Source of the DNA: Candidatus Woesearchaeota archaeon
GTDB taxonomy: Archaea; Nanobdellota; Nanobdellia; Nanobdellales; Nanobdellaceae
Length of the DNA: 5,824 nt
Direction: 5' to 3'
Assembly (NCBI GenBank): GCA_964468425.1
Contig: CAYXSZ010000092.1
Span: forward strand, 1-5,824
Under the pieces are notes generated by a model, which had not been told where the DNA came from, searched no databases, and saw only the letters and a program-made list of their open reading frames with translations. Shown one piece after another: positions 1 to 5,151 of the stretch. How positions within the stretch are numbered: position 1 is the stretch's first letter; each line of letters starts with the position of its first letter. Both the position numbers and the translations under genes were made by a program.

Positions 1-216
1 CGGGAACTCGCGAGACAACACCTCTTCGGCTTCGTTTTTTGAAATCTGTGAAACTTGATCTACTATCTCTCTAATCTCGGGAATTATCTCCTTGACTTGT
101 TTTTTGACTTCTGGAATCTCCGCAACGACTTTAGCCACTACGGACTTAAAATCTACCTTATCATATTTGTATCTACAGTAGATAGCCCATTTTCTAGCGA
201 CTTTCCTAACATCCAT
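1..216 (-). CDS. hypothetical protein, N-terminal fragment (72 codons; gene continues past the left edge)
   Basis: This ORF is absent from the supplied track because it is edge-truncated. The minus-strand ATG at 216-214 is the first start after an in-frame TAA (240-238). I translated the frame by hand and it stays open for all 72 codons down to base 1: MDVRKVARKWAIYCRYKYDKVDFKSVVAKVVAEIPEVKKQVKEIIPEIREIVDQVSQISKNEAEEVLSREFP. The start overlaps the RNase Z stop by 11 nt (ATGGATGTTAG), which is a typical coupled-gene junction. I recognise no family from these residues. Confidence 0.5.
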   Translation of the reverse strand, partial: MDVRKVARKWAIYCRYKYDKVDFKSVVAKVVAEIPEVKKQVKEIIPEIREIVDQVSQISKNEAEEVLSREFP

Positions 217-1216
217 TTTTATTTTTTCTATTAAAAGTTATTAGCTTAGTCTTTCCTGTCTGCTCATCTCTTTCATAAATGATCTCGCGATTTCGAATCT
301 TTAGGGTTATTTTGTTCTTCTCAAAACGAAAAGAGTCAAAATCTGAGAGAACATAACAATTTTCGTTACTTTCGATCGTATTTATAATTTCTTTCCAAGC
401 ATCTTCGTATCTTTGGCTAATATGTGTTACTAGCATTATGTTACTTTTACTCTTCGCGAAGATTTCAAGAGCTTGATCAAAATCTAAGTGAAAATACTCT
501 GAAGCTTTGTCAGGATCTTTTATATATGTTGATTCAATTAACAATATATCGCTGTTCTCTGCAAAATTTATTAACTCATCGAAGTATTTCGTATCTGTAA
601 TATAAGTGAATTTAAACCCCTTTTTAATGTAGCCAACTTCGTTGATCTTAATTTTCTTGCCTCCAAACTCAATTTCTCCTGTTTTCTTGAGGATATCAAG
701 TAAACGGTGCTTTCCGTAAATTCCTCGCTCCTTTAGTTTTGTATTATCCAATCTCCAATAATCTTTTTGCTTAAAACAATATGCAAACGTTTTTACTGAG
801 TGTTTAACTTCTAAAGCGTAAATTTCAAACTCACTAGATTCTAAAACTTTGCCGGATTCTTGGATCTCATTTATTTCTATTGGAAAATCAATGGGAATTT
901 GAAAATCTTCGATTAAATTCATAATTTTGCTTCCAAAACCACGTGGAACGAAAATTCGCAATTTTTTACGATATTCTGAGTTTGCAAGATTAAAAAGAAT
1001 TCCAGGAAGACCTAAGCTGTGATCACCATGCCAATGTGTCAGGAAGATGTAATCAATTTTTGTCGGCGAGATCTTAGCAAATCTAAACTGCCTCTGCGTC
1101 CCCTCGCCGCAATCAAAGAGAAAACTAGTTCCTTTAAATTCAAAGTAAAAGGCTGGATGGTTTCTATGCTCGCTCGGGAATGTGGATCCAGTTCCCAGAG
1201 CTACGAAGCGGATCAT
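206..1216 (-). CDS. rnz: ribonuclease Z (tRNA 3' endonuclease, metallo-beta-lactamase fold)
   Basis: The 336-aa ORF has an RNase Z-type N-terminus: MIRFVALGTGSTFPS..RNHPAFYF..FLFDCGEGTQRQF. It carries LTHWHGDHSLGLPGIL, the HxHxDH motif at nt 1019-1036. The remaining motifs follow in canonical order: His (EVKHSV), Asp (YITDTKY), HEAT-like LLIESTY, HST-like FHLDFDQA and motif V VTHISQRY. An exosite/flexible-arm-like insert (LKERGIYGKHRLLDILKKTGEIEFGGKKIKI) lies between motifs III and IV. It starts with ATG and stops with TAG. Confidence 0.9.
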   Translation of the reverse strand: MIRFVALGTGSTFPSEHRNHPAFYFEFKGTSFLFDCGEGTQRQFRFAKISPTKIDYIFLTHWHGDHSLGLPGILFNLANSEYRKKLRIFVPRGFGSKIMNLIEDFQIPIDFPIEINEIQESGKVLESSEFEIYALEVKHSVKTFAYCFKQKDYWRLDNTKLKERGIYGKHRLLDILKKTGEIEFGGKKIKINEVGYIKKGFKFTYITDTKYFDELINFAENSDILLIESTYIKDPDKASEYFHLDFDQALEIFAKSKSNIMLVTHISQRYEDAWKEIINTIESNENCYVLSDFDSFRFEKNKITLKIRNREIIYERDEQTGKTKLITFNRKNKNGC

Positions 1217-1238
1217 AATTATTTATCACGTTTAAAAT

Positions 1239-2345
1239 TTATACTTTCCAGTTAAAAGATGGAAAGCGCTCAAATATCAAATAGTAAAATAAAGTTGAAA
1301 TAACGAGAAATAGAAATAGTGGTGAGTAAAACATTGCAAATCCAATAACCCAAAGCGGATTCATAAATTGTTTACTAAGTTTATAATAAACTAACTCATA
1401 AGATATTAGAACAAATAATATTGTAAGGCAGAAAAAGATAAAGTTGAATATAATTGAAGTCACAATTGCTGTCGGGATAACGAATAAGAGAATTGGGGAA
1501 ATTTTAGCTGAGAGAAGGATTAAAAGCGATAAACTTAGCTTATACAACAGGTTCTGAGGAAACAGGAAGGATAAAAGTACAAAAGCTAAAATTGCTGGGT
1601 TAATAACTGTAGAGTAAAGTAATAAAAGGATTGGGTGTTTTGCAAAGAATTCTATAAATGTTTTGAAATGATCGAATAAAACTTCCACAAATCCCGAACT
1701 CCAACGCTTTCTCTGATCTAACCACTTCCTTATTGAACATATAGGTTGAATCTCGACCGCAACTTCATTTAAGAGGAAGTAACTTCCTCCTAATTTGTAA
1801 ATTCTTATTGCTAAATCTATATCTTCGGTAATAACTCTGCGATAACCTCCAAGCTTGTCCCAAAGCTCTTTTCTAATTGCAAATCCAGCACCATTCATGA
1901 AAATGGACTTTCCAATTTTAGAAGAAACATACTGATAGCAAGCGTAGTAACTGAGAAATTCTACCCGCACAAACTTCCCGAGAAAGCAAATAGGGTCTAT
2001 TTCCTTGTAAAACTCGACAAGATCGTACTTTTCGCAGGCATCTACAATTTTTTTGATGTCTATTTTTTTTATTCTTAGATCAGAATCGAAGAAAACGAGT
2101 ATGTCTGTATTTAGCTTTGCAACGACTTCATTTACTTCAGTGGCTTTTCCTTTTCTCTTCTCAAAGACGAAAATTTTGACCCCGTATTTGCTTAAATCGT
2201 CCAACTCTTTGCGCATTTTTTCAGTCGGAACGCTAGCGCAAACTATAACTTCCTTTTCGGGATAAGAATCTTTTAAAACTGTCTCTACAATTTCTTTGAC
2301 ATTTCCTTGCTTGTATACTGGAATTACGATTGAAACTTTTTTCAT
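1239..2345 (-). CDS. family 2 glycosyltransferase, processive (D,D,D,QxxRW) type with C-terminal multi-TM domain
   Basis: The N-terminal GT-A domain begins MKKVSIVIPVYKQ. It contains KGKATEVN, a DxD motif FFDSDL (nt 2079-2087), ITEDIDLAIR (TED, nt 1821-1829) and QRKRWSSG (QxxRW, nt 1701-1715). The C-terminal ~130 aa are strongly hydrophobic, with about 4-5 predicted TM helices. The ORF track starts it at 2354, which is a TTG codon (TTG GGA TCT ATG). I prefer the ATG at 2345-2343 because MKKVSIVIPVY is the usual GT2 N-terminus. In addition, a TATA-like TTTAAAAG (minus strand, 2377-2370) would place a transcription start about 2 nt upstream of that ATG and downstream of the TTG. Confidence 0.85.
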   Translation of the reverse strand: MKKVSIVIPVYKQGNVKEIVETVLKDSYPEKEVIVCASVPTEKMRKELDDLSKYGVKIFVFEKRKGKATEVNEVVAKLNTDILVFFDSDLRIKKIDIKKIVDACEKYDLVEFYKEIDPICFLGKFVRVEFLSYYACYQYVSSKIGKSIFMNGAGFAIRKELWDKLGGYRRVITEDIDLAIRIYKLGGSYFLLNEVAVEIQPICSIRKWLDQRKRWSSGFVEVLFDHFKTFIEFFAKHPILLLLYSTVINPAILAFVLLSFLFPQNLLYKLSLSLLILLSAKISPILLFVIPTAIVTSIIFNFIFFCLTILFVLISYELVYYKLSKQFMNPLWVIGFAMFYSPLFLFLVISTLFYYLIFERFPSFNWKV

Positions 2346-2380
2346 AGATCCCAAATAATGTTTTAATAGCTTTTAAAGCT
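2346..2380. promoter_or_regulatory. AT-rich ATPase/GT2 spacer with a palindromic TATA-like element
   Basis: AGCTTTTAAAGCT (2368-2380) is a perfect 6-1-6 palindrome centred on a TTTAAA core and lies immediately after the ATPase stop codon. Read on the minus strand, TTTAAAAG sits about 24-31 nt upstream of the GT2 ATG at 2345. On the plus strand, TTTTAATA (2361-2368) lies about 25-32 nt upstream of the candidate C box at 2393. Confidence 0.3.
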
Positions 2381-5008
2381 TTATATCAAGATGTGATGAC
2401 GGTCAGAGTTAGCTGATTTGTGATGTCGTTCAGGTACCACCTGATTGAGGTTAACGATAACGAAATACAAGAAGAACGTTAAAGTAGCTGTTAGTAAAGA
2501 AATTATAACACTCTCAGCAGGTGCTACTGCAAGATTCGTGTACTGATTTAGCGGTTTCACCGAGGATAAAAAGATGATTGATAGAGTTGTAAACATCGCA
2601 ATGTAAAACCATCTATTTTCGGCAAAAAGAATATTGTACTTTTTCTGGTAGTAAAAGAAAATTGCGTATTGTCCTATCGCGAGGTAAAGTAGAATGCAGA
2701 AGACGCTTTGAGTAGTTATTGCTACAACATAAGATAAAACTCCAAGAATTGCTCCGTGAAGTACGAGTTCTAGTATAAAAGCAGAGTCTACTATAGTTTT
2801 TTTAGGTTTTTTCAAGAGAATGGATTGAGAAACTTCGTTGGTTCCAATAATCATCGAATTTACAGCTTCGAGTGCGAGATTTACGATTAAGATGTGAGTG
2901 GCTTGAAGCAGAATATTTCTAGATATAAAGAACGAAAGGAGAATGTTTACGAGTAAGGCTATGTTAACCGAAAGAACTATTGCTAGAAAAGCTTTAAGAT
3001 CGTATAAAATTCTTCGTCCTTCTTTGATCGCCTCTATAATTGATTTAAAGCTATTGTTCATAAGAATCATGTCTGCAGCTTCCTTTGCGATATCTGATGC
3101 GTCTGATAGACTAATTCCAATATCTGCTAGCTTTAGAGCTGCAGCATCGTTTACACCATCTCCAGTCATCGCAACACAGAAACCTTTTTCTTTAAACGCT
3201 TTAACTATCTTTAATTTATCAGAAGGATCTGCTCTCGCAACTATTTTATATTCCTTCAATATATCCACAACTTTTTCTTTTGGCATCTTTTTTATGTCCT
3301 GAGAATTAATGCATTTTTCTTGAACTCCCACTTTTCTTGCTACAATCTTCGCAGTTTCCGGATGATCTCCGGTAATGATTACCACATCGATATTAGCTTT
3401 CTTAGCGAAAGAAATCGCATCGACAACTTCTTCTCTGATGGGATCTTCGAGAGCTATAATTCCTAACAAAATTAAATCTTTTTCCACATCGCTCAAATTG
3501 TAAACTTCGCTTTCTTTTACTTTCTTATAACCAATTGCTAATACACGATATCCTCTCTCAGCAAATTTGTTAATAACTTGGTTGACTTCAATAATATAGG
3601 GAAATATAGGTTCAACTCTATCGTTTATTTGTATATACTTAGTAATCTCGAGAATCTTCTCTGGAGCGCCCTTGACAAAGGCTACATAATCGTCTCCCTT
3701 TTTAGTTACTACGGACATCCTCTTTCTAGTCCTATCGAACTCGAACACGTTGATTACCTTCAATCTCGTTTTTAAGCCGGCCTTGTAAGCTAAACAGATT
3801 AGAGCTCCTTCTAAAGGATCTCCTATAACTTTCCATCCGTTGTCATAGACTAACTCAGATTCCACACAGTTTATACACGCCTCTACAAAAAGAAAGATTT
3901 CGTCAAGTTTTACTTGCTCGCCATCTCTCGTTATTCCACCTGAAGGTTCGTAACCCTTCCCAGAAACTTCGTAGAACTTTCTAGAAAACCAGAATTCGCG
4001 TATTGTGAGTTGGTTTAATGTTAAGGTTCCAGTTTTGTCCGTGAAGATCACATCTACAGACCCAAGAGTTTCTACAGAATCCAAACGCTTTACCAAAGCC
4101 CCGGATTTATAGATTCTGTGTAGAGCAATCGTGTAAATAACAGTTAGAACTGTTGGAAGTCCTTCTGGAATAACGGCTACTCCGAGAGCAATCGAAAATA
4201 TTAACGCATCATATAGAGAAAAAATACCCATTGCGTAGCTAAGAACTAGCACAATCGCGATAATTAGAACCGTAATAGCTGTAATAAGCTTACCGAACTT
4301 ATCGATTTCGATTTCTAGAGGGGTTTTCTTGTGAGAGATTTCTTCCACAGATTTATAGATCTTACCCAACTCAGTGCTATTCCCTGTCGCAACAACAACC
4401 CCCTCCGCATACCCTCTAACTACAAAAGTTCCCATATAAAGCATATTTCTTCTATCTTGGAGCGGGATATTTTCCTCTAGAACCTTTTCTTCTTTGCGAA
4501 CGGGTTTTGATTCCCCAGTAAGGATGCTTTCGTCAACGTAAAGATTTCTGCAAGAAATTATTCGAATGTCTGCGGGAACTTTGCTCCCCTGTTTTAAAAT
4601 TACTATATCTCCGGGAACCAACTCTGTAGAGTTTATTTTTTTGACCTTTCCTTCTCTACGGACAATTGCTTCGGCTTTTGATTCCTTTTTCAGAAGGGAA
4701 ATTATTTTTTCGGATTTATACTGCTGAACGAAGTCGAGGAAGGTGTAAAGAAAAACTACGAAAGAAATTAGAAACCCTTCGTTGAGCTCGCCGATATAAA
4801 AGGAGAGAGCTGCAGAAAAGATTAGGAGCAGGACGAGCGGACTAGTTACTTGCTCTTTTATAGTTTCTAAGAATAAACTTTTGCGTTTTAATTTTATTTC
4901 GTTTTTACCGTAAATTTTCCTGCGTTTTTCAGCTTCTTCTTCGGACAATCCGTTGGAATTTGTATTCAATCGCTGAAAAACTTCGCTGATTGGTAAAGCA
5001 TGCCACAT
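2381..5008 (-). CDS. P-type cation-transporting ATPase, P2 (Ca2+/cation, E1-E2) type, substrate uncertain
   Basis: The 875-aa ORF carries all the P-type hallmarks. These are TGES (nt 4508-4519), M4 PEGLP (nt 4154-4168), the phosphorylation site DKTGTLT (Asp codon 4037-4039), KGAPE, LEDPIREEV, ITGDHPETA, and MTGDGVNDAAALKLADIGISL (nt 3146-3163 for GDGVND). The hydrophobic segments are consistent with 10 TM helices. PEGLP and KGAPE point to the P2 subfamily rather than P1B (no CPC) or Kdp. Confidence 0.93.
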   Translation of the reverse strand: MWHALPISEVFQRLNTNSNGLSEEEAEKRRKIYGKNEIKLKRKSLFLETIKEQVTSPLVLLLIFSAALSFYIGELNEGFLISFVVFLYTFLDFVQQYKSEKIISLLKKESKAEAIVRREGKVKKINSTELVPGDIVILKQGSKVPADIRIISCRNLYVDESILTGESKPVRKEEKVLEENIPLQDRRNMLYMGTFVVRGYAEGVVVATGNSTELGKIYKSVEEISHKKTPLEIEIDKFGKLITAITVLIIAIVLVLSYAMGIFSLYDALIFSIALGVAVIPEGLPTVLTVIYTIALHRIYKSGALVKRLDSVETLGSVDVIFTDKTGTLTLNQLTIREFWFSRKFYEVSGKGYEPSGGITRDGEQVKLDEIFLFVEACINCVESELVYDNGWKVIGDPLEGALICLAYKAGLKTRLKVINVFEFDRTRKRMSVVTKKGDDYVAFVKGAPEKILEITKYIQINDRVEPIFPYIIEVNQVINKFAERGYRVLAIGYKKVKESEVYNLSDVEKDLILLGIIALEDPIREEVVDAISFAKKANIDVVIITGDHPETAKIVARKVGVQEKCINSQDIKKMPKEKVVDILKEYKIVARADPSDKLKIVKAFKEKGFCVAMTGDGVNDAAALKLADIGISLSDASDIAKEAADMILMNNSFKSIIEAIKEGRRILYDLKAFLAIVLSVNIALLVNILLSFFISRNILLQATHILIVNLALEAVNSMIIGTNEVSQSILLKKPKKTIVDSAFILELVLHGAILGVLSYVVAITTQSVFCILLYLAIGQYAIFFYYQKKYNILFAENRWFYIAMFTTLSIIFLSSVKPLNQYTNLAVAPAESVIISLLTATLTFFLYFVIVNLNQVVPERHHKSANSDRHHILI
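2393..2444 (+). ncRNA. candidate archaeal box C/D sRNA (motif-only prediction, low confidence)
   Basis: The plus strand reads GTGATGA (2393-2399, an exact RUGAUGA C box), then 13 nt, then CTGA (2413-2416, D'). After 3 more nt comes GTGATGT (2420-2426, C'-like), then 14 nt, then CTGA (2441-2444, D). Box order, the 52-nt length and the short D'-C' linker all fit archaeal C/D sRNAs. Against it, the spacers are 13 and 14 nt rather than the usual 12 and there is no clear terminal stem. It also lies antisense to the ATPase 3' end, where both TGATG strings are the reverse complement of His-His codon pairs. Confidence 0.25.
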
Positions 5009-5042
5009 TTATATTTTTAGCTAGAGTTTAATTTATATCTTC
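5009..5042. promoter_or_regulatory. 34-bp divergent promoter region with two archaeal TATA-like elements (ATPase leftward, tRNA-Pro rightward)
   Basis: On the minus strand, ATATAAAT (5038-5031) ends 22 nt before the A of the ATPase ATG (5008). If the TATA box spans -30..-23, transcription starts at or next to the ATG, giving a leaderless mRNA. On the plus strand, TTTATATT (5008-5015, overlapping the ATPase start codon) predicts a start near 5037-5041. That would leave only about 2-6 nt of tRNA leader. Positions are inferred from archaeal promoter geometry only, and the region is AT-rich enough for chance matches. Confidence 0.4.
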
Positions 5043-5114
5043 GGGGCCGTGGGGTAGTAGGAAGCCTACCGGGTTCGGGTCCCGGTGACCCCGGTTCGAA
5101 TCCGGGCGGCCCCA
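5043..5114 (+). tRNA. tRNA-Pro (anticodon CGG), 72 nt, no intron, CCA not encoded
   Basis: I folded a cloverleaf by hand. The acceptor stem is GGGGCCG (5043-5049) paired with CGGCCCC (5107-5113). U8 and G9 follow. The D stem is GGGU/GCCU (two G-C plus two G-U pairs) and the D loop is AGUAGGAA, with A14, G15, G18 and G19. The anticodon stem is CCGGG/CCCGG and the loop is UU-CGG-GU (5074-5080), giving U33, anticodon CGG and G37. The variable region is UGAC. The T arm is CCCGG-UUCGAAU-CCGGG and the discriminator is A73 (5114). The next bases are TGC, so CCA must be added post-transcriptionally. As I recall the ProRS identity literature, G1:C72 with A73 is the archaeal tRNA-Pro pattern, whereas bacteria use C1:G72. 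Confidence 0.93.
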
Positions 5115-5151
5115 TGCAAAAGTCTTAAGTTTTAGAAAGTGAAATTATATT

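Noticed and set aside
194-208. Possible TAG read-through (pyrrolysine-type) extending RNase Z.
   Set aside because: Reading through the TAG at 208-206 meets another TAG only four codons later (196-194). The overlapping ATG of the next ORF explains the local sequence, and nothing suggests recoding.
206-1216. The MBL-fold protein as a beta-lactamase, a defence nuclease or a CPSF/beta-CASP enzyme instead of RNase Z.
   Set aside because: The N-terminal GTG..P..R/FDCGEGTQ block, the exosite-like insert and the HxSxRY motif V are RNase Z-specific. No beta-CASP or KH domains are present, and at 336 aa it is too short for a CPSF-type enzyme.
1019-1255. 78-aa plus-strand ORF from the track.
   Set aside because: It lies antisense to the best-conserved part of RNase Z (the HxHxDH region) and runs across the rnz/GT2 spacer. 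It has no recognisable motif or start context. It is a shadow ORF of strongly supported genes on the opposite strand.
2053-2265. 70-aa plus-strand ORF from the track.
   Set aside because: It lies entirely antisense to the GT2 catalytic domain. Its S/F/T-rich low-complexity translation is typical of the reverse frame of a K/E-rich gene, and nothing supports it independently.
2368-2380. The palindrome AGCTTTTAAAGCT as a hairpin terminator for the ATPase.
   Set aside because: The fold would be at best 5 bp of mostly A:T pairs with a 3-nt loop, which is too weak for a structural terminator. Archaeal termination relies mainly on T-tracts. A symmetric TATA-like element explains it better.
2943-3302. 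119-aa plus-strand ORF from the track.
   Set aside because: It is antisense to the ATPase hinge/GDGVND region, which is unambiguously coding on the minus strand. The translation is S/A/I/F-rich with no motif, so it is a shadow ORF.
3358-3372. Inverted repeat CCGGA-tgatc-TCCGG.
   Set aside because: It is a 5-bp stem inside the codons for the conserved ITGDHPE motif of the ATPase. The amino-acid sequence accounts for it, and it is too short to claim a regulatory role.
3578-3775. 65-aa plus-strand ORF from the track.
   Set aside because: It is antisense to the ATPase N-domain (KGAPE region). It is short and has no motif or plausible promoter, so it is a shadow ORF.
4206-4212. A second C-box-like string (AUGAUGC on the minus strand).
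   Set aside because: The last box position is imperfect, and reading the minus strand shows no CUGA D' or D box at any sensible spacing downstream. It lies in-frame inside the ATPase and is a chance match.
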